NCBI GenBank assembly: GCA_046757165.1
Contig: JBHHXT010000023.1
Span: forward strand, 1-43,381
Source of the DNA: a bacterium
GTDB taxonomy: Bacteria > Zhuqueibacterota > Zhuqueibacteria > Oceanimicrobiales > Oceanimicrobiaceae
Length of the DNA: 43,381 nt
Direction of reading: 5' to 3'
The position numbers and the translations under genes are program-made. Positions within the stretch are counted from its first letter, which is position 1; every line of letters starts with the position of its first letter. The notes beneath the pieces are model-generated. The model was not told the DNA's origin. It did not search any database and was given only the letters and a program-made list of their open reading frames with translations. Positions 9,085 through 18,923 of this stretch are shown here, piece by piece.

Positions 9085-9905
9085 CTTACACCCTGGGACT
9101 CGACGTCGGCTCGACTTACACAAAGGCGGTCATTCTGGATGACACGGACCAGATGGTTTCGCACTGCATGGAGGCCACGGGCTCGAAGTTGATGGAGGTG
9201 GCTCAGCGAGTCACCGACACCGCCACCCGCTCAGCCGGGCTCACGCAGGCCGACATCGCCTATGTCATCACCACGGGTTACGGCCGGCATCTGATTCCCT
9301 TTCGCAACCTGCAGGTGACCGACTTGACCGCGACAGCCAGAGGCGCGAGATTCCTCTATCCCGGCACGCGCACGGTTCTCGACATCGGCGGGCAAACCAT
9401 GAAGGCAAGCCGGATCGATGAAGCGGCGAAGGTCGTCACCTTCCGGCTCAACGACAAATGCGCCGCGGGTACAGGCGCATTTCTCGAAAAAACCGTGCGC
9501 TACATGGGCTATGCCACCGGGGACATCGGCAAACTGCTCGAGCTGTCGAAAGAGAAAGTTCCAATCTCAGGCGTGTGTGCGGTGTTCGCAGAGTCCGAAG
9601 TCATCAGCCATCTCAGCGAAGGCGTGCCGCCGGAAGATATCATGTATGGCGCCATCCTGTCCCTGACCGACCGTTGCGTGCAGTTGATGAAACGGATCCG
9701 GTCTGAACCGCAGTACACACTGGTGGGAGGGATATTGCGCTGGCAGAGAGTGGCGAACGTCATCCGGGAGCGCTTGCAGCAGGAGGTCAACGTGCCGGAA
9801 GGGGAGATGCCACAATTCACGGCCGCCCTCGGGTGCGCCATTCTCGGACATATTCGTTTGCGCAAATTGGCGGCGGAGGGAATGGAGGCAGAGACGGTGG
9901 GCTGA
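9081..9905 (+). CDS. bcrD: BCR ATP-dependent activator subunit D
   Basis: ATGA overlap with bcr[45 protein letters not shown]. Confidence 0.85.
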   Translation: MTYTLGLDVGSTYTKAVILDDTDQMVSHCMEATGSKLMEVAQRVTDTATRSAGLTQADIAYVITTGYGRHLIPFRNLQVTDLTATARGARFLYPGTRTVLDIGGQTMKASRIDEAAKVVTFRLNDKCAAGTGAFLEKTVRYMGYATGDIGKLLELSKEKVPISGVCAVFAESEVISHLSEGVPPEDIMYGAILSLTDRCVQLMKRIRSEPQYTLVGGILRWQRVANVIRERLQQEVNVPEGEMPQFTAALGCAILGHIRLRKLAAEGMEAETVG

Positions 9906-9996
9906 GACCGCCGGTTTGCTTGCGGAATTGGGGCAGTGCCGTCAAGGATCGCCACCCGTCAGGCGGAATTCAGGATAAGGTAACTGAAGAGGAACA

Positions 9997-10287
9997 ATGA
10001 GCGATAAACCGGAATCTCTCAGACTTGTGAACCCCAGCCGTCAACCCGAAAGCAACGGGTTCCTGGGCTGCACCCTGCCACCGGACCCGGATTTGGTGGC
10101 ACAGGGCTGGGAGCGGCGATTTATCGCCGACGCCAGAATGGTGCGTGATGCGGTGGACACCTATCGCGAGCTGGGGTACGAAGTCCGGCTGGAGCCCGTG
10201 GAAGTAGAGCAATTGAAGGATGAGTGCAGTGGCTGTCGCGTGCTGTTCCAGCAGTTCAAGGCGGTGTATACGCGCAAGAAGGCGTGA
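9997..10287 (+). CDS. Small hypothetical protein with CxxC, downstream of bcrD
   Basis: SD GAGGA; GWERRF..R...Y.ELGYEV..ECSGC..VYTR; same strand as the bcr genes. Confidence 0.7.
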   Translation: MSDKPESLRLVNPSRQPESNGFLGCTLPPDPDLVAQGWERRFIADARMVRDAVDTYRELGYEVRLEPVEVEQLKDECSGCRVLFQQFKAVYTRKKA

Positions 10288-10559
10288 GCTTGCAGGAGCC
10301 TGCCTGAGAATAGTCCTTCCCTGGATGAATAGGCGTGTTTACGACGAGCAGGGTCCAACACAGTGTGTGACTGTACAGTCAAATGCTTGCCTATCTCAAT
10401 TCAGAGCTTGTTTTGTCTTGTTTCTCTCACTGTTAACGATTCTAACTTTTTGAGTTGTAGGTTACCGGTATCGCCCTCGACTGGAATCATCACTTGAGAG
10501 ACTCATTTCTGTTGTAACCAACATGAGCCGACATCACGCCACAACATGGGGAGGAAGAA

Positions 10560-13500
10560 ATGAGACGAATCAGATGTTCTGCTGCGATTCTGTTCGTGTT
10601 TTACCTGCTGCAACCCACGCGCGTTTTCTTGTCTGTCCCGAATCTGTTTGCTCAGACGCCTGAGACCCCCTACCCTATTCTCTTCGTCCATGGACTGGAG
10701 AGCAGTGATCAAACCTGGGATCGTACCATCAATGAGCTGGGAGTCTACGTTGGAGATTTTGGGGAGAGTCACGTCTTCCACGCGGTCCTGAACGCCTATG
10801 CAGATATGACAAATCTGTACGGGCCGGATGGGATAACGGGCAACAAAGATGACGATGTCCTGATTTTGTTCAATAATGAAGATAATCAGTTGGGAAACGG
10901 GCAAATCTATGCGATCAATTTTGAGAACTTCTGGAACCAGCAGCCTGACAATCCGCGCATCCTCAAACATCGTTCAGATACGCCAGGAAATGAAGAATCC
11001 CCCAGCAATCAAGCCGCCATTTACAAGCAAGGATACGCTCTGGGAAAGATGATTGAGGCCGTGATCCGGGCCTCAGGAGCCAGGAAAGTCATCCTGGTCG
11101 GGCATTCGATGGGCGGGCTCGCCATTCGTGAGTATTTACAGCGGAGAGAGAATGGGCGGCCCAAATGGTGGGTAGATCCGCAGGACGCTCAGAGCGGCCA
11201 CAAAGTGGCCAAAGTTGTCACCATTGGAACACCCCACCTGGGCAGCAATTTCCTCGATTGGCCATTCGGATTGGCCGAGCGAGAAGGGGAGGAGCAAAAA
11301 ACCGCCAGAATCCCCAATCTCAAGAGTGAGGCTGTAAGAGACCTTCGCTTTAACTACAACATCTTTGGACTACAAGGAAGATACTTGTTCGGCGGCGGCG
11401 AAGGCGTGGCCGATTTGCTCACTATGTTCTACAATATGGATGTCAACTGCGATGGGGATGAAAATGACGAAATCATTGGCCTGAATGAGGGGGAAGACGG
11501 CGAGACCGATAACGTGAGTATGCCGCTGCCGGACACCATCGAATACACCTGGATTACCTCGAATGCTACAGGCATATTCAACGGAGATGGGATCGTCGAT
11601 CTTTCGAGACAATGGCTGCATGTAAATGACACGCCTGCGCCCCTGGGTCTGGCTGATACCCTTTTGACCCACAGGCCGCACTTCGCGTTGCTTGGCAAAG
11701 CTGGTGAGACGGAAGATTTCGTCACCATCATTCGTGGACTCGATGAACCTGACACTCCGGCTCTGGCTTATGTTGTGCAGACGAACAAAGAGTACTGGGG
11801 ATTCAGAACGCTGCAATCAAACTGGCAAACGACCGATTACGATTGGTATAGATTTTCTTTCAACGGCGGAACGGTTCGGATATTGATTGGCCCGACCCAT
11901 GAGAGCTCAGGGCGGATTGACTTTTATGCACAACTGCCAGTATCGAATGCCAATTCCTCCCTATTCCTGACATTCAACGGGTCCAATCCAGTTGCGTATA
12001 CCCCACCTATTTCCTTGGAGGCAAACACCACCTACTATGTTCGTATTACAAACCATAATCTGGCACCCGATGATTGGCAATATCCGTACACGCTCAGGTT
12101 GGAGGGCACCGATGACCAGATTTCTAACGTCGACGTCGCCCTCGTCATCGACCGCTCCGGCAGCATGGAAGGCGAAAAACTCGCTGCCGCCAAAACGGCC
12201 GCCAAAAGCTTCGTCGGTTTTATGCAGGCGAAAGACAACCTGGCAATCGTCAGCTTTGCCACCAGCGCGACTGTGGCATTTCGATTGACCGAAATCACCT
12301 CAGATGCGACGAAGTCCGCAGCACAGAATGGCATCCAGGCCATCTCATCCGGAGGTGCGACAACCATCGGAGGCGGTATCCGGGTTGCACAGGACGAGCT
12401 CGACAAAGGGGACCGCGACCATCCTCATGCCATGCTGCTGCTAAGCGATGGTCAGGAAACCGCACCACCGGATGTCGTGGATGTACTCCCTTCCATTCCT
12501 GACAAGACCGACATCTACACCATCGGCCTGGGGGTCGACGCAGATCAAGACCTTTTGAGCAACATAGCCTCCCAAACCGGCGGCACGTTTCATTTTTCTC
12601 CAAGTGCGGATGAGCTGCAAAAGATCTACTTGCAGATTCAAGGCAAGCTGCGGGGGCAGCAAACCATCGCCTCGAACGAGGGCACGATTTCCCAGAATCA
12701 GAGCGTGTCGTATTCTGTCCCTTTGGATGGGCTGACGTCACAGGCGGTTTTTTCCATGCTGTTCGAAGGCAGCGACGTTGATCTGGAACTGGTCGCTCCG
12801 AGCGGCTCGCGCATCACGCCGCAGGTCGCGAGCTCCGATCCCGACATCACCTACAACGAGGGCGACACCTATGACTTCTACACGGTCTCCGCACCGCAAG
12901 ACGGCGAATGGACTTTGAAAATAACCGGAGTGGATGTGCCGACTCCGGAAACCTTCTTCACGAGCGTTCAAGTCAATTCCCAACTGAAAATGGAGGTCTT
13001 TCCGGACAAAGAGGAGTACAGTGCCGGGGAAGCCATCCTGCTCTCCGCCCGGCTTCAGGAAAACGGTGACACCATTGCGGGGGCATCTGTGACCGTCGAG
13101 GTCGTTGCGCCCTCTTCCAGCGTGACGCTCTATCGATTGGCCCGCCATGAGGCGGATGATGACGACCCTCGCCTGACCTGGATGGGCGATAATGCCGCCC
13201 CCCAGTTTGTGGCTTCAACCTTTACATTGTTCGACGATGGGCGTCACGGGGATGGCCAGGCGAACGATGGCGTCTACGCCAACCGCTTCACCAACACGGC
13301 CAGCGATGGCAGCTATACGTTTACGGTCGAGGCGTCCGGCCTTGCCTCCCAGGGAGGGGCGTTCCGGCGCGAAGCCATCCTCTCCACCATTGTGACGCCC
13401 GCAACCGGATTTATCCAGGTCACCAATCCCAACAGCGGCGATGTCTGGGAAAAAGGCACAGAGCACCGCATCAAATGGGATTCCAACGCTGGCGGCAATG

Positions 13501-15776
13501 TCAAGATCCGGCTCTATCGCGGCAGCGTTTTTGTGAAACGTATCATCAGCAGCACCGACAACGACGGCAATTACCGCTGGGTCGTACCGGAGCAAGTCGA
13601 GGCCGGCAGCGGGTACCGCATCCGTATTACCAGCAGGGCCAACAGCTCAATCGAAGATGACAGTGATGCATTCACTATCGCAGACCCGGCAGATGCAGAT
13701 ATCGCGCTGCTCGGGCTCTCAGGGGAAACCGTCTACTCGGTTCTCCTGCACCCGACCAATAAGGATATCATCTACGCGGGCACCAGGGACGTCGGGGTCC
13801 ACAAAAGCAGCGATTACGGCGGCACCTTCACACGCCTGACATCAGGGCTGACCGACCATAAGATATTCAAAATCCTGATGGACCCGGGCAATCCCAACGT
13901 CCTGTACCTGGGAACGGGCGGGGACAATAACAGCTCGTCGGAGAGTGTGTTCAAGAGCACAAACGCCGGCGCGAGCTGGGCGCAAAAGAACAGCGGCCTG
14001 CCGTCCAAATTTGTCTTTGCGCTGGCCCGAACGTCTGCCAACACGCTCTACGCCGGCACCAACGGCACGGGAATCTACAAATCTACCAGCGGGGCAACCC
14101 AATGGACTTCCGCCAACAGCGGTGTCGCTTCCGGCGTGGAGATTCATTCGTTCGCCGTTCACCCGAATGATTCCAGAACCCTCTTCGCCGGCACGAGAAG
14201 AGGTCTCATGTATAAAACCACCAATGGTGGCAGCACTTGGAGCCTGGTCGACCTGCCCGGCAATACCGACTATGTCTTGAGTATCGTTTTCGACCCGGCG
14301 AAGGCGAACACGATGTTTGTGGCCACCTTTGGACATGGCGTTTACAAAAGCACGAACGGCGGCAATAGCTGGTTCCAGACCAACGATGGTCTCGGAGACC
14401 TTCAGGTCAACCACATTGTCTTCACGCCGGGGGGAGAAATATTGCTTGGCACCCGGAGCGGAGGAATCTTCAAGAGTACAGATGGCGGCATAACCTGGTC
14501 GCACTTCGGCGGCGGCATTTTCAGCAAAGTACACCACCTGGTGTTTTCACGACTCGAACCGAATATCTTCTACGTCGGCGCCCGCGACGGCATCTATCGC
14601 GTCAACGACCCCAATGCCCTGTTTATCACCGTGACCTCGCCGGCCGTCGGCAGTGATTGGGAACAGGGAACAAATCACAACATCGAGTGGAGCTCGAATG
14701 CGACCGGCCAGGTTCAAATCAGCCTCCATCGCGGAGGCAATGAAATCGAAATCATTGCCGCGAATACCGGTAATGACGGCCAGCACACCTGGCAGGTGTC
14801 CAGTGACTTGCCCGCCGCCAACGACTACACCGTTCGAGTCGGAAGTGTGAGTCACAGCGCTCCTTTCGATTACAGCGATGAATTTGCTGTCTCAGAGACA
14901 CCGTTTCTCGCCATTCTCTCACCGTCTACGGACAGCGATTGGCAGAGAGGCTCGACCCAGACAATCGAGTGGACCTCCAATGCGGGTGGAAGCGTGAGAA
15001 TCCGGCTCTTTCGCGGCAACTCGATCATTCAAACCATAAGCAACACCACAGAAAACGATGGCAGCTTTCCATGGAGTGTCCCCACGAGCCTGACCGCAGC
15101 CGACGATTACCGCATTCGCATCACGAGTACGTCCACCAGTTCCCTAGAGGTCACGAGCGCAACGTTCACCATTTCGGACGCACCGTTTCTTCAGGTCGTC
15201 ATTCCAGACTCGGAGGATATCTGGCTGGCCGGGACGACGCAGACGATTGAGTGGGACTCAAATGTCCAGGGCAATGTCCGCATCCGGCTCTACCGCGGCG
15301 CTGCCCTGCAGCAAACCATCCGCAGCAGCACCCCCAACGACGGCAGCGATGACTGGAACATTCCGGGCACGATTCCGGCCGCTAATGATTACCGCATCCG
15401 GCTCACAAGTACCAGCAACAGCGCCCTGGATGATACCAGCGACGCCTTCACCATTGACAACGTCACCTCCGTTGAGCCGCGCGCGAATGGCGTTCCGAGG
15501 CATTATGCCCTCAGGCAGAACTACCCCAATCCGTTCAACCCTGAGACGGAGATTCGTTTTGAGCTGCCGCAGGCGCAACAGGTTGTTTTGACAGTTTACA
15601 GCTTGCTCGGGGAGGAAATCGTGCGACTTCTAAACGAAACCAAACCTGCGGGTGTTCATGCGGTGCAATGGAACGGCCGCGACAAGCGGGGGATGCAAGT
15701 TGCGAGCGGGATTTTTGTTTACCAGATGCGCGCCGGTGAGTTTGTCATGAGCCGCAAGCTGGTGTTGGTGCGCTGA
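10560..15776 (+). CDS. Secreted multidomain protein: alpha/beta hydrolase + vWA + choice-of-anchor-X-like + four Ser/Thr-rich Ig-like repeats + BNR propeller + FlgD/T9SS-type C-terminal domain
   Basis: Signal peptide; PILFVHGL, GHSMGG, GTPHLGS, DGIV; DRSGSM MIDAS and LLSDG; LFDDGRHGDGQANDGVY; KSTNGG.W Asp-boxes; LRQNYPNPFNP..W.GRD..G..VASGIF. Confidence 0.85.
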   Translation: MRRIRCSAAILFVFYLLQPTRVFLSVPNLFAQTPETPYPILFVHGLESSDQTWDRTINELGVYVGDFGESHVFHAVLNAYADMTNLYGPDGITGNKDDDVLILFNNEDNQLGNGQIYAINFENFWNQQPDNPRILKHRSDTPGNEESPSNQAAIYKQGYALGKMIEAVIRASGARKVILVGHSMGGLAIREYLQRRENGRPKWWVDPQDAQSGHKVAKVVTIGTPHLGSNFLDWPFGLAEREGEEQKTARIPNLKSEAVRDLRFNYNIFGLQGRYLFGGGEGVADLLTMFYNMDVNCDGDENDEIIGLNEGEDGETDNVSMPLPDTIEYTWITSNATGIFNGDGIVDLSRQWLHVNDTPAPLGLADTLLTHRPHFALLGKAGETEDFVTIIRGLDEPDTPALAYVVQTNKEYWGFRTLQSNWQTTDYDWYRFSFNGGTVRILIGPTHESSGRIDFYAQLPVSNANSSLFLTFNGSNPVAYTPPISLEANTTYYVRITNHNLAPDDWQYPYTLRLEGTDDQISNVDVALVIDRSGSMEGEKLAAAKTAAKSFVGFMQAKDNLAIVSFATSATVAFRLTEITSDATKSAAQNGIQAISSGGATTIGGGIRVAQDELDKGDRDHPHAMLLLSDGQETAPPDVVDVLPSIPDKTDIYTIGLGVDADQDLLSNIASQTGGTFHFSPSADELQKIYLQIQGKLRGQQTIASNEGTISQNQSVSYSVPLDGLTSQAVFSMLFEGSDVDLELVAPSGSRITPQVASSDPDITYNEGDTYDFYTVSAPQDGEWTLKITGVDVPTPETFFTSVQVNSQLKMEVFPDKEEYSAGEAILLSARLQENGDTIAGASVTVEVVAPSSSVTLYRLARHEADDDDPRLTWMGDNAAPQFVASTFTLFDDGRHGDGQANDGVYANRFTNTASDGSYTFTVEASGLASQGGAFRREAILSTIVTPATGFIQVTNPNSGDVWEKGTEHRIKWDSNAGGNVKIRLYRGSVFVKRIISSTDNDGNYRWVVPEQVEAGSGYRIRITSRANSSIEDDSDAFTIADPADADIALLGLSGETVYSVLLHPTNKDIIYAGTRDVGVHKSSDYGGTFTRLTSGLTDHKIFKILMDPGNPNVLYLGTGGDNNSSSESVFKSTNAGASWAQKNSGLPSKFVFALARTSANTLYAGTNGTGIYKSTSGATQWTSANSGVASGVEIHSFAVHPNDSRTLFAGTRRGLMYKTTNGGSTWSLVDLPGNTDYVLSIVFDPAKANTMFVATFGHGVYKSTNGGNSWFQTNDGLGDLQVNHIVFTPGGEILLGTRSGGIFKSTDGGITWSHFGGGIFSKVHHLVFSRLEPNIFYVGARDGIYRVNDPNALFITVTSPAVGSDWEQGTNHNIEWSSNATGQVQISLHRGGNEIEIIAANTGNDGQHTWQVSSDLPAANDYTVRVGSVSHSAPFDYSDEFAVSETPFLAILSPSTDSDWQRGSTQTIEWTSNAGGSVRIRLFRGNSIIQTISNTTENDGSFPWSVPTSLTAADDYRIRITSTSTSSLEVTSATFTISDAPFLQVVIPDSEDIWLAGTTQTIEWDSNVQGNVRIRLYRGAALQQTIRSSTPNDGSDDWNIPGTIPAANDYRIRLTSTSNSALDDTSDAFTIDNVTSVEPRANGVPRHYALRQNYPNPFNPETEIRFELPQAQQVVLTVYSLLGEEIVRLLNETKPAGVHAVQWNGRDKRGMQVASGIFVYQMRAGEFVMSRKLVLVR

Positions 15777-15834
15777 GTCGAGGTCGCGAGCGGCATCTAT
15801 TTTCTACGCATGCACGCAAGACCTGCCGCCGCTC

Positions 15835-15863
15835 CAGCATTTTTCGAGACTCGAAAAATGCTG
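15835..15863. terminator. Perfect palindrome between convergent genes (bidirectional terminator or REP)
   Basis: CAGCATTTTTCGAG-a-CTCGAAAAATGCTG, 14-bp arms. Confidence 0.5.
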
Positions 15864-15989
15864 CGCGTGCAGTAAGCTCAAATGACTTGTCGGTTCTATG
15901 ATCGGCAAATCCTGTCAGTGGCTGAGCCGCGGGGCGGTCGAGCATACGCGAGCGGAGGTGCAGACCTCCTCATCTATGACACCGTGGCA

Positions 15990-16346
15990 TCACAATCCGG
16001 AGGTCTCACCAGCGAAGCTGGCAACCGCCTCCTCAACACTCTCGAACACTTCGACCACCGTATCGATCTTCGTGACGTGGAAATAGTGCCGGGCGGCCCC
16101 TCGAAGATTCGCGAAACGGACATCCCCACCTCGTTTGCGCAAGGTCGTCAGACAACCGATGATGGTGCCAATGCCGAGACTGTTGATCCAGCGCACGTTG
16201 CGAAAATCTATCACCATCAACTCCGTGCCTGAGTCGATCACTTCTTTGAAGCGGTTGCACAAAAGTTGTGTTTCCGGCCCCCCCATGATCTTGCCAGAAA
16301 GGTGAAAGACCTTGACGAGGTTGTAACCATCTTCTGTGAACATCAT
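15990..16346 (-). CDS. STAS-domain anti-sigma factor antagonist
   Basis: Start at 16346 (SD AAGGAG); LSGKIMGG, VIDFRNVRWINSLGIG (phospho-acceptor Ser), FESVEEAVASF. Confidence 0.88.
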   Translation of the reverse strand: MMFTEDGYNLVKVFHLSGKIMGGPETQLLCNRFKEVIDSGTELMVIDFRNVRWINSLGIGTIIGCLTTLRKRGGDVRFANLRGAARHYFHVTKIDTVVEVFESVEEAVASFAGETSGL

Positions 16347-16619
16347 ATATATCTCCTTCTCAAAAGCCAGGTGACTCTCTGCGCCCATCCCGGCCGCAGG
16401 CCGTGCTTTTGAAATCATGTGAGTCAGAAGGTTTCCATCGCGATGAACATTCCAAGTCATCGATCTGGTTCAATTTCGTGTCGTGCGATGTTACCGGGAG
16501 TGAAGTATCAGACGTATAGGGGAGAATCGGAAACTCTCGGGATCAAATTCGGAAACCGCTACCACAAAAGACCTCAGTATTCGAACAGTACGTATTTGGC
16601 GCGTCAAAGTCAAGGATAT

Positions 16620-17900
16620 TTATTGTGTCGCGGCGACATTGGCTCGCTTTTCGAGTTTTTCAACCGTTCCGTCCAGGTGGACTCTGAACTTTTTGTGTTT
16701 GCCCTTCCTCACCAACAGCAGCATTTCCGTTGCCGGTTTCATTAAATCGACTGCGATAATCTTGCCATCATAGAATTCAGAGATGGTTTTGACCGTTGTG
16801 TGGGCAATGATGTGCGTTTTGCACCGGTAGGTCCTGAGCACTTTCTTGAGGTCCTTTTCCAGTCTGTCTGTCAGGACGTAGTCCCGATGCCAAAAGACGC
16901 TGGTTTCTCCGTAGAAAAAGTGCAGCCGCCTGTAGTAGGACAGAGAATCTATTTTCATGGCAGGGATGGAATCTTGCAAGAGATAGGCAAACGTTTCCTC
17001 ATTGATGAATTTCTGCAGCGAGTCGTTAAACACCTCGATTGAATAGTTGGCGTACAGCGGCGCCACCCCTCCGTGGGCGAACAAAATCTTGTCCATTTTG
17101 ATCAGCCCGGGCTTGGTGGCCAGCCATTTCCCCAGGACCGAGCGATGGACATCGTACATTTGCGAATAGGGAATGCGGTGTAAATGACTGATCATCTGCT
17201 CTTTGGGCGCGAGATAGCGCAGATCATTGCCAAAGGTCATGATCTCGTGATTTCCCAACACGAGGTGAACGCGACCGCCTGCCAGCTCAGCCTGTCTATC
17301 CAATTTGTACAGCAGCCATAGCGTTTTGGTGACATGAATCCCGCGATCAAAGAAATCCCCCAAAAGCACCAGATGCTTTTTGCGGGCTATCCAATCCAAA
17401 TTGGCATCGATGAGGCGAGCATTGCTGAGCAATTCGACCAGATGGTGAAACTCGCCGTGAAGGTCACCGATCACATAGATTGAATCAACTTTGCCAAAAA
17501 TTGCTCCGGGCCTCTTCGCGGGCAGTCGAATGACGGTTTTGTGGTTATCGAAGGGATTGCTCAGGCTGCCATAGTGAAGCGCAAAAACACCCACTTTTGG
17601 CTTATCAAAGGAGACTTGATGTGTCAGGGAAAGCGGGGTGGTGAAGTCAGCCAACGACTTGTCCGCGCTGAGGACTCTGAGAAATCCAGAATCCGTCGCC
17701 GCCGTGATCCAATGCACGTCTATTTGGTTTTCCTGCTCCTGGACCCACAACCCGTACTCCCCGCTGAATCTAAACTCATCATGTTCCCGGGGCGCAGCGG
17801 ATTCTGAGGGTTGGGCTGCTAAATGAAATGAATAAAGTTGCAGTGCAACAAAAAGGGATACAAAAACAGTGGGGCGAATGGATAAATCAATCCTGGTCAT
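16620..17900 (-). CDS. Exported Shewanella-like PPP metallophosphatase
   Basis: Signal peptide ending LAA|QP; GDLHG, GDFFDRG, GNHE, FAHGG, FWHR, IIAHT. Confidence 0.85.
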   Translation of the reverse strand: MTRIDLSIRPTVFVSLFVALQLYSFHLAAQPSESAAPREHDEFRFSGEYGLWVQEQENQIDVHWITAATDSGFLRVLSADKSLADFTTPLSLTHQVSFDKPKVGVFALHYGSLSNPFDNHKTVIRLPAKRPGAIFGKVDSIYVIGDLHGEFHHLVELLSNARLIDANLDWIARKKHLVLLGDFFDRGIHVTKTLWLLYKLDRQAELAGGRVHLVLGNHEIMTFGNDLRYLAPKEQMISHLHRIPYSQMYDVHRSVLGKWLATKPGLIKMDKILFAHGGVAPLYANYSIEVFNDSLQKFINEETFAYLLQDSIPAMKIDSLSYYRRLHFFYGETSVFWHRDYVLTDRLEKDLKKVLRTYRCKTHIIAHTTVKTISEFYDGKIIAVDLMKPATEMLLLVRKGKHKKFRVHLDGTVEKLEKRANVAATQ

Positions 17901-17938
17901 ATAAGGTTCCTTATGTGCTTGGCCCGGCGGGATTCAGG

Positions 17939-18904
17939 CTAAAACGTCTTCACCTTACTTTCGTCGACTCGTTTCAGCAGTTTTCGCAATCTCTTGTAGA
18001 CCCCGTTGATTTCGTAATTTGTCAGGCCGAATTGAATGATTCCGTTTGATCTTCGCACGCCTTTTTTCTTTGCCAGATTCTCAGTTTTTTCGGCCGGAAC
18101 GAGTTGTCCTTCGATGATTGAAAACTGGGCCACGACACCGAGGGTCTTTTCAAGGTCTTCCTTTTGTATCTGACGCAGTCTTGCGACCGTTTCTTTGGGC
18201 AGCCGATCGACGCGAAGGTCTTGCCAATCCACCCCCTTGTCGCTTTCCAGGCTGGCAAACGCCATGCTGTTGTCGACCACAAACACCCTTGGATTCTCCG
18301 GATCGGAGGACACAAGAAAATTGCCGACATTGGCATCTTTGTGTTTGACAAGATAAGATAAGATGTTCATATTTGCCAGATGTTTTGCATACGTCGTATC
18401 AGAACGAAATCTCGATTTGTCGTACACTCCCTCTGAAGTCACGCCTTCCAACCAGTACTGCAGACAAAAAAAGACGCAGTCCGTGCCGCTAAAAGTCGGG
18501 GAAACACCCGGTTCAATTTTGCGATACTCGCTCAGGGGCCAGGTTCGTCCGGTGGTCGGTGGCACAACATATTCTTGTGGCTCGAGAAACAGCTTTTGCA
18601 AGCGATAGGCCGCGATTTCATAGCGCGGTTCATTGTTGACCCCCCAGCCGCGTCTGGGCGCCCGTTTCCATTTTAGCTGCATATGTTTGCCGTCAGGCCA
18701 TTTCACAATGACGCGCTTTGGAAGATCTCCTTCGAAGCGAGCATCCCTCATTTTGAAAATGTCAAAGGATTCATGCTGGAGTTTTTGCTCGATTTCTTCG
18801 ATCGGGTGAAGAATGTTGCTGTCCTGAGCCAGGACCGGCGTGGCCAGCAGGAGCGTGCCACAGAATATCTGAAAAATTGCCCCCGTATGTCCAAATCTTT
18901 TCAT
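17939..18904 (-). CDS. Exported Fam20/PI4K-like atypical kinase (variant catalytic loop)
   Basis: Signal peptide ending VLA|QD; LKWK, YEIAAYRL..VPPTTGR, LQYW, HKDANVGNFL, VDNSMAF. Confidence 0.7.
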   Translation of the reverse strand: MKRFGHTGAIFQIFCGTLLLATPVLAQDSNILHPIEEIEQKLQHESFDIFKMRDARFEGDLPKRVIVKWPDGKHMQLKWKRAPRRGWGVNNEPRYEIAAYRLQKLFLEPQEYVVPPTTGRTWPLSEYRKIEPGVSPTFSGTDCVFFCLQYWLEGVTSEGVYDKSRFRSDTTYAKHLANMNILSYLVKHKDANVGNFLVSSDPENPRVFVVDNSMAFASLESDKGVDWQDLRVDRLPKETVARLRQIQKEDLEKTLGVVAQFSIIEGQLVPAEKTENLAKKKGVRRSNGIIQFGLTNYEINGVYKRLRKLLKRVDESKVKTF

Positions 18905-18923
18905 GGACGACCTCTATCCTCCA

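Noticed and set aside
10462..10473. Additional ACCGGT half-sites (also near 35145) as BadM operators
   Set aside because: Single half-sites expected by chance.
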